From an uncultured Nitrospiraceae bacterium (GTDB taxonomy: Bacteria > Nitrospirota > Nitrospiria > Nitrospirales > Nitrospiraceae): a stretch of DNA of 64,000 nt. Both the position numbers and the translations under genes were made by a program. This document shows positions 30,616-41,486 of this stretch, in pieces (the first letter of the stretch is position 1; every line of letters starts with the position of its first letter). The notes below the pieces were generated by a model. The model was not told where the DNA came from. It made no database searches and saw only the letters and a program-made list of their open reading frames with translations. The stretch spans positions 672,001 to 736,000 of the forward strand of contig CAVPLT010000004.1 in assembly GCA_963706325.1 (NCBI GenBank), in the 5' to 3' direction.

Positions 30616-33567
30616 ATGCCGCTTCTTGTGCGATATCGAACCATCTTGATTGTCGTGTGCGGAGTCCTCGGATTCTACGCGCTGCTCGGCTTTGTCGGCG
30701 TGCCCTATGCGGTGAAAGCCTATGGAGTGCCGGCGCTGTCCGAGCGTCTGCGTCACCCCGTCCTGTTAGGCGATATTCGGTTCAATCCATTCACGTTTGC
30801 TCTCGTGGTGTCGTCATTCGAGATTCAGGAACCAGATCACACGCCGATGCTGGCTTTTCAAGAATTGTTCGTGAATTTTGAGGGGACTTCACTGGTTCGC
30901 TCGGCGTACCTGTTCGATGAAATCCGACTCACCCGTCCGTTAGGCCTTGTGCACATTCGATCCGACGGCAAACTGAACTTACTGGAGCTTTTTCCTCCGA
31001 GCACGGAGACGCAGGTTGTGACGGCAGACGAACCGACACCGGGAGCAAACGCGAAGGCAGAACGGTTGCCGCCGGTAGACATTAGTCGCATGAGTATACG
31101 GCAAGGAGTGATCGAGTTTCGGGACGATACCAAACGGAAACCGGTCTCAATCGATATTGTACCTATTGAAATTACGCTGCAGAATTTCAGCACCAGGCCC
31201 GGCGATGAGAATGCCTATGCTTTTTCAGCCGAATTTAGCGAAGGGGAGGTCCTTTCTTGGGAAGGGAGTATTCATCTGGACCCATTGGAATCGAGCGGGC
31301 GCTTCTCGCTTGCCAATGTCAAATTGAATACCTTCTGGCCAAGCCTTCGTGATCGATTCCGTTTCGATATCCTCAGCGGGGCGGTCATGCTCGAGGCGCG
31401 GTATCACTTTGATACGTCGGCGGCGCCGATCAACCTGCAACTGTCCGACGGCAAAATCATGCTGTCTGATTTCCGATTGGCCGCAAGTGGGGAACGGCAT
31501 CCGATCGTAAACGTTCCGTCGTTGACGCTGGAGGCTATTCGGCTGGACCTTCCCAAGCAAGAGCTGGAGATGCAGACGATCAGTCTCACCGGCGCAGACG
31601 TGCGAATCTGGATGGCGGCTGATGGAGTGATCTATCCCGTGCCGCTGTTCGATCCGGTGGCGGAGGATTCTGCCCCTACTCGGCAGGCGCCCGGCCCTGC
31701 GCGGCCGTGGACGGTGGATGTGCACAAGGTTGCCGTCACGAACACCCACGTGTCATTCGAGGATCGTCGCCTGAAAACACCTGCGATGCTGATTATCGAC
31801 GATTTGACCGTGACCGTCGACGATCTCCATGTGCCCTTCAAACGACCGCTGCCGATCGCCGCCAAACTTCGTCTGAATTCGCAGGGGACGATTGAGAGCA
31901 AGGGCACAGTACAGCTCGATCCACTGCAGGCCGATCTCACGATGGCCCTGTCCCAGATCGGCCTCCGCCATTTTCAGCCCTACGTTGATCGGTCGGCGCA
32001 TGTCGATGTAAAAAATGGTGAGTTCCAAATGACCGGAGAGCTGCGCTACCGGAGCCGTCACGAATCAGAACCGCTGTTGCGCTATACCGGGCAGATCGGG
32101 GTGCAGAATCTGAGTCTCATCGATCGCGCGACACAGCAAGAGTTTCTCGCCTGGTCGACACTCGGGTTGAACAAGGTCGACTTGGAGCTTGCGCCGACCA
32201 AGGTCAGGATTGGGGAAATTGCGCTACGCGAGCCGTCAGCCAAATTCATGATCGCTAAAGACGGCTCCACGAACATTGCTCACGCCCTGCGCGCGCCGGA
32301 TCAAGGCGCCCAGCAGCCGAGCGTGTCGCCTCCCGTCAGTGCGGCGGCCAAGAATGAAGCTTCCCCCGCTCCCGCTGCCATTCCCATCACCATCGATCTT
32401 GTGACACTGTCGAAGTTGTCTGCGACGTTTGTGGATGAGTCGATTCAACCGGCAGTGAGCACGGGGATTCAGGACTTCGGCGGGACCATAAAAGGCTTGT
32501 CATCCAGGCAGCTGTCGAAGGCCAAGGTATCGCTAGCCGGGAAAGTCGACAAAGTGGCGCCCATCACAATCCAGGGGCAGATTAACCCGCTCACTGAGGA
32601 TGCCTTTACGAATCTCACGTTCCTATTCCAAGGCCTGGATCTGACTGCTGTTTCTCCCTATGCGGGAAAGTATGCCGGATACCCTATTACCAAGGGCAAG
32701 CTCTCGCTCGATCTTAAATATCAGGTATCAGAGAAGCAATTAGTCGGAGAGAACAAGGTGTTGGTCGATCAATTTACGTTCGGAGAGAAGACTGAGAGCC
32801 CCGACGCTACGAATTTGCCGGTGCGTCTCGCGGTGGCGTTGCTGAAAGACCGGCGCGGCGTGATCGATATCGATATGCCGGTGCGTGGGGATTTGAATGA
32901 GCCGGATTTCAGATACGGAGGGGTCCTGCTCAATGCGCTGCTCAACGTGATCACCAAGGTGGCGACGTCTCCGTTCGCGGCGCTGGGAGGACTTGTGAGC
33001 GGCGGGGGAGAAGATCTGCAGTTTATCGAGTTCCAGGTCGGCGTAGACACGCTGGAGCGCGCCGAACAACAGAAAATCGAGTCCCTCGCCAAAGCGCTGC
33101 AAGAACGACCTGCTTTGCGTGTCGAAGTCATCGGCGCAGCCGACCTCACGCGTGACCGAGATGCGCTGGCCCTGCAAAAAATGAGTGCGGAAGTTCAGCG
33201 ACGCTTTACAAAAGGCGGAACGAAGAATTTGCAAGCGGTCGTCTCTCAGGAGCGCGAGTTCGAATTCTTAAGCGATCTCTATGCGGAGAAATTGGGGAAG
33301 CAACCGACCAAGCGGGAAGAGGTCACCGGAGGAAAAGCTGTTGAACGGGTGCTGTCGGTGGATGAACTGCTCCAGCAGCTGATTCCCTCCATCAGCGTGG
33401 AGGAATCGGAATTGCGATCGTTGGCACAAGGTCGTGCGAAAACGATTCGTGAACAGCTGATCGCGCCGGGCCGACTACCGGAGGAGCGCGTGTTTCTCGT
33501 CGAGCCTGAATTGATCCACTCAGAAGGAACGCAGGTTCGAAACCGGTTGAACTTGGCTGGGAGCTAA
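30616..33567 (+). CDS. DUF748-domain (AsmA-like) protein
   Basis: N-terminal TM, FNPFT, SPYAGKYAGYPITKGKL, LAVALLKDRRGVIDIDMPVRGDLNEPDF. Confidence 0.93.
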   Translation: MPLLVRYRTILIVVCGVLGFYALLGFVGVPYAVKAYGVPALSERLRHPVLLGDIRFNPFTFALVVSSFEIQEPDHTPMLAFQELFVNFEGTSLVRSAYLFDEIRLTRPLGLVHIRSDGKLNLLELFPPSTETQVVTADEPTPGANAKAERLPPVDISRMSIRQGVIEFRDDTKRKPVSIDIVPIEITLQNFSTRPGDENAYAFSAEFSEGEVLSWEGSIHLDPLESSGRFSLANVKLNTFWPSLRDRFRFDILSGAVMLEARYHFDTSAAPINLQLSDGKIMLSDFRLAASGERHPIVNVPSLTLEAIRLDLPKQELEMQTISLTGADVRIWMAADGVIYPVPLFDPVAEDSAPTRQAPGPARPWTVDVHKVAVTNTHVSFEDRRLKTPAMLIIDDLTVTVDDLHVPFKRPLPIAAKLRLNSQGTIESKGTVQLDPLQADLTMALSQIGLRHFQPYVDRSAHVDVKNGEFQMTGELRYRSRHESEPLLRYTGQIGVQNLSLIDRATQQEFLAWSTLGLNKVDLELAPTKVRIGEIALREPSAKFMIAKDGSTNIAHALRAPDQGAQQPSVSPPVSAAAKNEASPAPAAIPITIDLVTLSKLSATFVDESIQPAVSTGIQDFGGTIKGLSSRQLSKAKVSLAGKVDKVAPITIQGQINPLTEDAFTNLTFLFQGLDLTAVSPYAGKYAGYPITKGKLSLDLKYQVSEKQLVGENKVLVDQFTFGEKTESPDATNLPVRLAVALLKDRRGVIDIDMPVRGDLNEPDFRYGGVLLNALLNVITKVATSPFAALGGLVSGGGEDLQFIEFQVGVDTLERAEQQKIESLAKALQERPALRVEVIGAADLTRDRDALALQKMSAEVQRRFTKGGTKNLQAVVSQEREFEFLSDLYAEKLGKQPTKREEVTGGKAVERVLSVDELLQQLIPSISVEESELRSLAQGRAKTIREQLIAPGRLPEERVFLVEPELIHSEGTQVRNRLNLAGS

Positions 33568-33584
33568 GCGAGTCGATGCGGTTA

Positions 33585-33953
33585 CTAAGGTTTTGGCTGG
33601 TAGCGCATCCGAGTGCCGTGCAGCAATGAGAGTTCGATCTCGCTCGCACTCAACTCGCTAGGGAAGTAGACGCCGGAGATTTTGGCCGCGTTGATGCTCG
33701 CGCCTTCGAGCCGGGCATGGCGGAAATCGATTCCGCGTAGATCAGCTTGTCGAAAGTATGACTCGCTAAAATCCAATCCATCCGTCTCGAGGCCGCGTAG
33801 ATCGAGGCTTCGTAGATCACATCGGGTGAGGTCGACCTGTTCACCCGCAGCCCGTTTGACATTAAACTCTTTAATGCAGCCTTCGCGGAGCAAGCGATAC
33901 ATGGGATCGCTGGAGATTCGTAGCGCCGTTGGGCCAGGCTTTGGTTTTTCCAT
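33585..33953 (-). CDS. Pentapeptide-repeat protein
   Basis: CDLRS LDLRG...ADLRG IDFRH ARLEG ASINA AKISG. Confidence 0.9.
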   Translation of the reverse strand: MEKPKPGPTALRISSDPMYRLLREGCIKEFNVKRAAGEQVDLTRCDLRSLDLRGLETDGLDFSESYFRQADLRGIDFRHARLEGASINAAKISGVYFPSELSASEIELSLLHGTRMRYQPKP

Positions 33954-34161
33954 AGGAACTGCTCGGCTGTCTGAGTTCTCTATCGGAGACCTAAGAGAAA
34001 ACTTGAATGTGATCAGCTCAGGCAGCTGCGCCTATCTGGCGGCGGCATTTGACACACATCTTCCGCTTGCGCCGCACTCATGAGAAACGGTACTCTTGAT
34101 CGCTGACTTGGCCTTATCCCGCTGCATAGTACACATCCGGTCGAACGAGAAGGAGGATATC

Positions 34162-34797
34162 ATGGGACTACGATTGGGCGACGAAGCCCCGAACTTTACC
34201 GCCGAGACGACGGAAGGGACCGTTAATTTTCACGAATGGTTGGGGAATGGGTGGGGCATTTTATTTTCTCACCCCAAGGACTTTACACCGGTTTGCACGA
34301 CCGAGCTGGGCTACATGGCCAAAATCAAAGGGGAATTCGACAAACGTGGCGTCAAGATTCTGGCCATCAGCGTGGATCCGCTGGATTCGCATCGCGGCTG
34401 GACGAAAGATATCAATGAGACGCAGAACTGCACGGTGACCTATCCCATCATAGCCGACCCGGAGAAGAAGGTGGCGAACCTCTACGACATGATCCACCCG
34501 AACTCGTTGGATAGCATGACGGTTCGATCGGTATTTGTGATTGGGCCGGACAAGAAAATCAAGTTGATGCTGACCTATCCTGCCTCCTGCGGGAGGAATT
34601 TCGACGAGTTGTTGCGGGTCGTCGATTCCCTGCAGTTGACCTCGAAATATAAAGTTGCGACTCCAGTCAATTGGAAGGATGGACAGGATTGCATCATCAC
34701 CCCGGCGGTCAATGACGCCGAAGCCAAGACCCTGTTTCCCAAAGGGTTCAAAGCCATCAAGCCGTATCTTCGAGTTACGCCGCAGCCGAACAAGTAA
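34162..34797 (+). CDS. 1-Cys peroxiredoxin (Prx6)
   Basis: FSHPKDFTPVCTTELG; AGGAGG RBS. Confidence 0.96.
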   Translation: MGLRLGDEAPNFTAETTEGTVNFHEWLGNGWGILFSHPKDFTPVCTTELGYMAKIKGEFDKRGVKILAISVDPLDSHRGWTKDINETQNCTVTYPIIADPEKKVANLYDMIHPNSLDSMTVRSVFVIGPDKKIKLMLTYPASCGRNFDELLRVVDSLQLTSKYKVATPVNWKDGQDCIITPAVNDAEAKTLFPKGFKAIKPYLRVTPQPNK

Positions 34798-34822
34798 CGC
34801 ATTTCCAGACGGGCACGTACAT

Positions 34823-34856
34823 AAGGGGAGCCGGCCTCAGGCCGGCTCCCCTTGTT
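34823..34856 (+). terminator. Intrinsic terminator-like hairpin
   Basis: AAGGGGAGCCGGCC-TCA-GGCCGGCTCCCCTT. Confidence 0.8.
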
Positions 34857-35082
34857 GCATTGGCCCCAGTCGTGCGAATTTTTCCCACCATCGAAGTGAC
34901 CAGGGCGACTTCTTGTTAGCGACCTCCACATCAATTCGGCATCCATACCAGAGCGCGGGGTCTGATGCCCAGTGATCCCTCGACGTGATACTGCTTTCCA
35001 CTGATGAGAAGCTGGGACGGTTTCACGGGTACTCGAAGCCAAGTTTAACAATGGCTGAGGGCAGGATGCTCACGAAATCGGG

Positions 35083-37272
35083 TCAAACCAAGAGAAGCCC
35101 TGCTTGGCGGATCGTGTGCCAGGCGCGGGTATGGCTAAATCGATCAAAGCCTTGCGCGCCGGTGGTGGGAAACTGTTGGCGCGCCTCCGCAAGACGTGGG
35201 TATTCGGTGGTTGTCCGTTGAGGCGACGGAGCCGACTCCTGAAGCAGGGCAACCAGCCAGGCTGCGTGACGTGGTGACAGGGTGAGGGAGAAATCTTCGG
35301 CACGAGTCGGCAGGATGACGCGGGTCCGCGTCGCTCCGAGTGGCGTCATTACCGGCCCCCCGCCGATCCACACGCAGCGGCGTTCGGCGGTCAGAGGCAC
35401 GGAAGGAGGAAGGGCCAGTGCTGTGCTCAGCCAGCGTCGCGCGACTCGGGGAGGTTTCACGGCTTGCGAAAACCACCGTTGTACGGGGACGTCGAGCCCA
35501 GCCTGTTCGAGGTAGTTGAGCAGCGCGGCACGCAATCCCTCGCCCAGCCAGGACGGGCAGGTGGCTGTGAGATCGGCATGGCGAAGATCATTTTCGGCGA
35601 AGCCTTCGAACGTCGGTCCGAGAATGGTGAGACCTTCCGCGGCCGGATTCAATCCAATGGGGCTATGGGCCGTGGCCGTGAACTTGTGCCAGAAGGCAGA
35701 TTGCAGGAGATCACCGGCAAAGAGTTGCCGGACGCGCTCAAGTGAATCCACGGTATCCGCAATAGTCTCACCGGGACAGCCATACATGAGATAGGCGTGA
35801 ACCAGAATGCCGGCTTCACGAAACGCGGCTGCAACCCTCGCCGTCTGGTCGACGGTAATTCCCTTTTTCATTCGCTCGAGCAGGCGATCGGATGCCGCTT
35901 CGAGGCCGGCTGTGAGAGCGATGCAACCCGACGCCGCCAACAGTCGAGCCAGATCCGGCGAAAAGGCTTCTTCGAAACGAATGTTGCCCCACCAAGTTAT
36001 GGTCAATCGTTTCTCCAGCAGTCGGAGCGCCAAAGCTTTCAGGGCGGCAGGGGGCGCGGCCTCGTCGACGAAATGAAAGCCCCGTTGCCCGGTCTCGCGC
36101 ACGAGGCCCTCGATCCGTTCAATGAGCAGGTCCGTGGGAGTCTGTTCATAGCGCGCAATATAGCTCAGGCCTATGTCGCAGAACGTGCATTGCTTCCAGT
36201 AGCAGCCATGGGCGACGGTGAGCTTATTCCAATGGCCTTCCGACCAGAGCCGGTGCATCGGGTTCAGACTGTCGAGAATGGAGAGATAGCGGCGCAGCGG
36301 CAGGCCTGTGTATGTCGGCGTGCCCAACTCATGTATGGGCACGTCCGGTTCGGGACTCCCGTCACAGAACTTGACGGTGCCATTGATGCAAAGAAACGTG
36401 CGGCGAAGCAAGCCGTTCGAGCGGCCGCCTGCCAAATGGTCCAGCAGACATAAGAACGGACGCTCGCCGTCGTCGAGGGTGACATAGTCGACAAGCGTGA
36501 ACAGCCGAGGGTCTTCCAGGCGCCGAAGTTCCGTATTGACGTAGCCGCCGCCCAGGACAATACGAATACCAGGTCGCTGTACTTTGAGCGCTTGAGCAAT
36601 TCGCAACGCGCCGAAGAGATTGCCCGGAAAGGGGACGGTCAGGCCGACGACGTCGGGGACGGTACGATCGATTTGCGGCCAGAGCGCGTCGAGTAACAGG
36701 TCGTCGGTGAGACTTAGTGGCTGGGCCAATGCCTGCTCGATGTGGTCGAATGAGGAGGCGGCTTGCGCGATCTGCTCGGCATAGCGGTTCAGAAATAAAT
36801 GGGGAGCCACGGTTTCATGCAGCAGGTCCGTGAGATCTTCGATATAGAGGGTGGCCCGATGACGGGCCCTGTCAGACGGTGACGTGGATCGGCTATTTCC
36901 ATGAGGGCTCTGACCGGCAAAGCGAGGACCTTCCGGAAGAAATCCCGTTCGGGCGAGGTGCGGAGCGAGCATGGGATCCTGTCCCTGGAGGAAGGCGATC
37001 ACTGGTTCGATCGTGGCGAGGTAGGCATCTTCGAGCGCAAGAAACTGTTGAACCTCTCCACGCCATGACCCGCCGGCTTGCCTGATTCTTTGAAACGCCT
37101 GACGGAGCCCTGCCTGCGAGAAGAGGCGGAGCATCATCTCAAGACCGAGGTCTGCCTGAGCGGCCTCATAACCGCGGGAGCGCAAAAATCCCGTCAACTG
37201 GGCCGTAGAGGGATAGGGCGTATTGAGTTGAGTCAGGGGAGGAATGAGCAGCAGCACTCGCGGCAAGGCCAT
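35083..37272 (-). CDS. B12-binding radical SAM protein
   Basis: PPLTQLNTPYPS; GCYWKQCTFCD (CxxxCxxC); FHFVDEAAPP. Confidence 0.93.
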   Translation of the reverse strand: MALPRVLLLIPPLTQLNTPYPSTAQLTGFLRSRGYEAAQADLGLEMMLRLFSQAGLRQAFQRIRQAGGSWRGEVQQFLALEDAYLATIEPVIAFLQGQDPMLAPHLARTGFLPEGPRFAGQSPHGNSRSTSPSDRARHRATLYIEDLTDLLHETVAPHLFLNRYAEQIAQAASSFDHIEQALAQPLSLTDDLLLDALWPQIDRTVPDVVGLTVPFPGNLFGALRIAQALKVQRPGIRIVLGGGYVNTELRRLEDPRLFTLVDYVTLDDGERPFLCLLDHLAGGRSNGLLRRTFLCINGTVKFCDGSPEPDVPIHELGTPTYTGLPLRRYLSILDSLNPMHRLWSEGHWNKLTVAHGCYWKQCTFCDIGLSYIARYEQTPTDLLIERIEGLVRETGQRGFHFVDEAAPPAALKALALRLLEKRLTITWWGNIRFEEAFSPDLARLLAASGCIALTAGLEAASDRLLERMKKGITVDQTARVAAAFREAGILVHAYLMYGCPGETIADTVDSLERVRQLFAGDLLQSAFWHKFTATAHSPIGLNPAAEGLTILGPTFEGFAENDLRHADLTATCPSWLGEGLRAALLNYLEQAGLDVPVQRWFSQAVKPPRVARRWLSTALALPPSVPLTAERRCVWIGGGPVMTPLGATRTRVILPTRAEDFSLTLSPRHAAWLVALLQESAPSPQRTTTEYPRLAEARQQFPTTGAQGFDRFSHTRAWHTIRQAGLLLV

Positions 37273-37323
37273 CCGAGGGAAATACCACACTGCAGGGTGT
37301 GCCTGCCAGCGACCCGACGGAGT

Positions 37324-38667
37324 TTACTTGGTCGTTTCTTCCCGAACTGCGCGCATCGAAGACTGGATGAAATAGCCCGTCCAGCGTTTGATGTGAAAGT
37401 AATCGGTAACCTGGTTGGACAACTCGGCGCGTGGTACGGCGCGGACAATGGTCAGCTGGGATCCTCCCGAAAGGTCGATGGTAGTCGGGTTCTCTCTCGT
37501 GGCAGCCGGATCGTTCAGCAAGACGAGGGGCTTGAGGCGGGTTTCAAAATTGATATTCAGCACGAGTCCGAGGGTCCCGTCAGAAAGCGTGACCACGGTT
37601 CCGGGAGGGTACACTCCGAACGTTTGAATCATTGCCACGACAACCTCGGGCGCAAACAGGTGTTGCTGATGCTTGTACATCTTAGCCAAGGCCTCAGCCG
37701 GGCAGATGGCTTGCGCGGGGTCCGGGTGATTGATCAGCGAGTCGTAGTGGTCGACGGCGCTGACGATTCTGACTGAGAGCGGAATCTGTTCGCCCTTCAG
37801 CTTCTCCGGATAACCGGACCCATCAAGCCGCTCGTGATGGCTGCGAATAATGTCCAGGACTTCCTCAGGAAAGCCGGTGTAACGCCTGAGCATGTCGATG
37901 GCGTGGAAGGGATGCAGTTGGTACTCTCTCGTCTCCCGATGCGAAAGATTGCCTCGGTTTCGTAGGATGCGGCCCGAGATGCGCTGCTCGCCGATATCGA
38001 GCAGCAGTCCCGCCATGCCGATCAGGTGGAGGGACTCCTCCTGGATATCAAAATGTTGGGCGACCATCATCGAAAGAGTCGAGACATTCAGGGAATGAAG
38101 GACGTTAAAATTCTCGAGCTCTTCCGGATCGAAGGCGCTCGCCACCATACCGGCAGCCTCAGTGTTGGTCAGCAGAGTGCTGAGCCCATTGATCATTACT
38201 TTTGCATTACGCAAACCTTCTGGAGATCCGCTCGAAAGGTCGCGCATCATCTGCGAACTGCGTTGGATGACTTGTCGGTAGGCTTCGGATGCCAATTCGA
38301 CCGCCTGATGGTAGTCAGTGGCAGTCGGCATTTCTTCCTCGCTCAACGTGATCGTGCCATCGGCTAAGGCGGCATCCGCTGCCGTTTCTGAAGCCGGTTC
38401 CGAGATTGAAGCGGAAAGGCTCGCGACAGAATTGGTCGTGGTGGAAGGATCTGATTCACGGGGATGCACCAGGACCGTGGAGAGCCCAAGTCCGCGTATG
38501 GTTTTGAGCTGGTGTTCTGACGCGATTCTGAACGATCGCCGAGGAAACGGGTGCTTGAACCATGAGCAATTCAGGTCGACATACATGCCTACCTTGAGAG
38601 ACTCCGGACGAACGGTGATCGTTTCTGGGGCGGTGTCCTTCGACTGGCGATCTGACCTGAGCGACAA
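37324..38667 (-). CDS. DUF3391 + HD-GYP domain protein (HD motif degenerate)
   Basis: LKVGMYV...WFKHPF; HHERLDGSGYP; GLLLDIG in place of GLLHDIG. Confidence 0.9.
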   Translation of the reverse strand: MSLRSDRQSKDTAPETITVRPESLKVGMYVDLNCSWFKHPFPRRSFRIASEHQLKTIRGLGLSTVLVHPRESDPSTTTNSVASLSASISEPASETAADAALADGTITLSEEEMPTATDYHQAVELASEAYRQVIQRSSQMMRDLSSGSPEGLRNAKVMINGLSTLLTNTEAAGMVASAFDPEELENFNVLHSLNVSTLSMMVAQHFDIQEESLHLIGMAGLLLDIGEQRISGRILRNRGNLSHRETREYQLHPFHAIDMLRRYTGFPEEVLDIIRSHHERLDGSGYPEKLKGEQIPLSVRIVSAVDHYDSLINHPDPAQAICPAEALAKMYKHQQHLFAPEVVVAMIQTFGVYPPGTVVTLSDGTLGLVLNINFETRLKPLVLLNDPAATRENPTTIDLSGGSQLTIVRAVPRAELSNQVTDYFHIKRWTGYFIQSSMRAVREETTK

Positions 38668-38763
38668 AACCTTCCCCTCTCGCTATGCACTAACCTAATG
38701 GCTGGTTGGTTATGGTTACTCCTGGTCTCTATCGGCCGAGGGGGACAAAATCTGTAGGAAAGG

Positions 38764-39918
38764 CTACTTTTTCCCGACCAGGCGTACAAACTCCAGACTG
38801 GCATTTCGTATCTTGGACGGCTCTCGGCGCACGTCACTGCCGAGAATGTACACAACATCATGGCCATAGAGTTCTGCCATCTCATGGATGCGAGAGGCGG
38901 CCATTCTCCCTGCCGCGGTCGGAAATATAGGAGGACAGGCGCCGAACGGCCGGCGACAGGATGCCGCAATGTCCCGGCAGTCGCCTTCTGAGATCGGGTA
39001 CGCGAGTCCGAATGTCGGATAGATGGAAATGTCGGCGCCGGCCAGGCGGGGGAAGAGCCCGAAGAGGACTGAAGGAGAGATGCCGCTGTCCGGCGAGACG
39101 TAGTGGCTCCCGAGAAAGTCCGGATGCGAGATGAGAGGGAGCGAGAGGGAGGGAGTCGATGCCAGGGAAGTCATGACGTCAAATCCGACGAGGCCCGGAC
39201 AAACCAGCAGGGCGCCGGCCCCCGCTTTCCGGGCCATGCTCGCTTGCTTCATGAGAATCGGCCAGGGACCAGAAACATGCGGGGCGTAGAGGCAGGGTTT
39301 TCCAGTGCGGCGTGAGGCTTCGCTGACGGCCTCAGTGCATTGTGCAATCCGATCCGCGAACCGGCAGAAGGGTTGATCTCCGAGGCTTTGATCATCCTTG
39401 ATCATGTCGACTTCCCCGAGCGCGAATTCTTGGGCCAGGTCGGCCAGTTGCCTCGGAGAGCATCCCAATGGCTTCAGGACGGCACAGACGAGCGGCCGTG
39501 TCGGGACGTGAAGCAACTTGCGAAGGCCCGGCGTTCCGAAGCGAGGGCCGGCCATCCGCGCCACGCTATTGTCCGGCAGCGACAGGTCTGTGAGGCGGAC
39601 TCGCCCTTGTAAGCCGGCCATGCCGAATGTCATATGCAACAGAGTACTGACGGATCCGTCGAGAAGCTCAGTGGGAAAACTGAGGGAGGCGCGAAAAAGC
39701 TCGGGGCTCAAGGATGCCAGTTCCTCCACATGGCCCAGCAGTTGTTCTCGAATCGCCCCCGGTGGAATGACGTGATTTGCCGCCTCGACGGTTTGGTCGA
39801 TACAGAGAAGATCCGCGCGCTCGCGTGCCTCTATAGCCGATCCTCGGATGTGGTACTCCACTGAAAAGCGTTGTCCCGACAACCGCAGGTCGCTTTCCGG
39901 CGTAGGATGATGAGGCAT
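38764..39918 (-). CDS. RuBisCO-like protein (form IV)
   Basis: GPRFG..GLR.LL...RPL...LKPLG...VDMIKDDQ; no small subunit or CBB genes nearby. Confidence 0.9.
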   Translation of the reverse strand: MPHHPTPESDLRLSGQRFSVEYHIRGSAIEARERADLLCIDQTVEAANHVIPPGAIREQLLGHVEELASLSPELFRASLSFPTELLDGSVSTLLHMTFGMAGLQGRVRLTDLSLPDNSVARMAGPRFGTPGLRKLLHVPTRPLVCAVLKPLGCSPRQLADLAQEFALGEVDMIKDDQSLGDQPFCRFADRIAQCTEAVSEASRRTGKPCLYAPHVSGPWPILMKQASMARKAGAGALLVCPGLVGFDVMTSLASTPSLSLPLISHPDFLGSHYVSPDSGISPSVLFGLFPRLAGADISIYPTFGLAYPISEGDCRDIAASCRRPFGACPPIFPTAAGRMAASRIHEMAELYGHDVVYILGSDVRREPSKIRNASLEFVRLVGKK

Positions 39919-40073
39919 ACCTGGCTCCTTCTAAGTTGCAGTCCTGCAGGCGAAGAGGGTACCGTATTTCCGCTCAGCTCGGTAGTCCCTCGACGCGCTG
40001 CAAAACTGTTTGTTCGGCCGATGAGTGGCATAGGGAGCACCATGGGAAAGCAGGAACGAAAGGACATTAATTC

Positions 40074-40853
40074 ATGATGTATTGTCCCGCCGGCCCTGCA
40101 ATCATCCTTCTGGCTGCGATGGTCATGTGGTGCGATCGCGCCGTCGCAGAACGTCTGCTTGATCTCACCTACGCGTTCGATGAGACAACGCAGGTCTGGC
40201 CGAGCAATTCTCCTTTCCATCGGGACTCGATGGTGCGGGGAGGCACGACGACTGAAGCCTGGTATGCGACGGGACAGGTGGCGCTATCCGAACATGCCGG
40301 AACCCATATGGACGCTCCCGTTCATTTCGCGCAAGGGGAAGTGGGAATTGATGGGATTCCGCTTGAGCGCCTGGTAGGACCGGCTGTGGTGATTGACGTA
40401 CGAACTTCGGTAGCCGCCGACCGTGATTACCGCATGTCGCTGGAAGACATTCAGCGCTGGGAGGTCCGACATGGACCAATACCAGCCGGCGCGGTCGTCA
40501 TGATGCTGACAGGGTGGGGCGTCTATTGGACGGATCGCGAACGCTATTTCGGCACGACTACCCCGGAGCTTCCTGCGACGCTTCACTTTCCAGGGTTCTC
40601 AAGGGAAGTAGCCGAATTCTTGGTGGCCGAACGACACATCCACGGAATCGGGATCGACACGCCCAGCATCGACTATGGTCCTTCTCAGGATTTTGTGGTC
40701 CATCGAATCATAAACAGCGCGGGTCTGTATGGTCTCGAAAATGTGGCGCAGCTCGAGGAGCTCCCTCCGTCCGGCGGAAGTCTGATGGCCCTTCCCATGA
40801 AAATTGCCGGTGGTACCGGGGCGCCGGTGCGTATCATCGCCATTCTTCCGTAG
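40074..40853 (+). CDS. Cyclase/kynurenine-formamidase family hydrolase, exported
   Basis: HAGTHMDAPVHF, GIGIDTPSID; signal-like N-terminus. Confidence 0.92.
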   Translation: MMYCPAGPAIILLAAMVMWCDRAVAERLLDLTYAFDETTQVWPSNSPFHRDSMVRGGTTTEAWYATGQVALSEHAGTHMDAPVHFAQGEVGIDGIPLERLVGPAVVIDVRTSVAADRDYRMSLEDIQRWEVRHGPIPAGAVVMMLTGWGVYWTDRERYFGTTTPELPATLHFPGFSREVAEFLVAERHIHGIGIDTPSIDYGPSQDFVVHRIINSAGLYGLENVAQLEELPPSGGSLMALPMKIAGGTGAPVRIIAILP

Positions 40854-40907
40854 CAATTGGTCGAAAAGTCTGCCGGACATGTTTTTGCGCAGGCTGCTGA
40901 TCATGCC

Positions 40908-41486
40908 ATGAACCTCTGCCGACTATTCAGCGATTTCAACTGTCCTTTCTGTTATGGGATGCACGAGCATCTTCATGGCCTTGGCCTCATGCGGCAAGTG
41001 TCTTGGCACGGCGTGCAGCATGCACGCCATCTTCGCGTGCCGATGGCGGTATGGTCGGGACACCTGGCGGTGGAGTTGAAGCAGGAAGTGGAGGTGGTGC
41101 GACGGCTGGCGCCGGAGGTACCGATTACGACGCCAAGAGGGAAGCCCAACAGCGGTCCCGCGCTTGCGGCGGCGGCGCGTGCGTTGACCCTTGATCCCAC
41201 AAGAGCCCAGGCCTACATACGATCCCTGTATCGATTATTGTGGGTCGAGGGGCAAGACATCTCCGACGAGCATGTGCTGCAGCGTGAAGCCGACCGTCAT
41301 GGTTTCGTTTCCGCCCAGATAGTCGGAGCAACGGCCATCGAGATCGCCTCAGTGTTGAGCGCCTGGGAAACGCTGTGGGTCGAGACGGAACATCAGGGTG
41401 TGCCGCTTCTCGAACGATCGGATCATGCCCTGCTCGCTGGTCTCATGCCCGCCGATACCATCCGACAATTTCTCGCCGAAGCATAG
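40908..41486 (+). CDS. DsbA/FrnE-like thioredoxin-fold protein
   Basis: FSDFNCPFCY...GVP. Confidence 0.85.
   Translation: MNLCRLFSDFNCPFCYGMHEHLHGLGLMRQVSWHGVQHARHLRVPMAVWSGHLAVELKQEVEVVRRLAPEVPITTPRGKPNSGPALAAAARALTLDPTRAQAYIRSLYRLLWVEGQDISDEHVLQREADRHGFVSAQIVGATAIEIASVLSAWETLWVETEHQGVPLLERSDHALLAGLMPADTIRQFLAEA

Noticed and set aside
38764..39918. CO2-fixing RuBisCO
   Set aside because: Short, KDDQ motif, and no small subunit or phosphoribulokinase; form IV only
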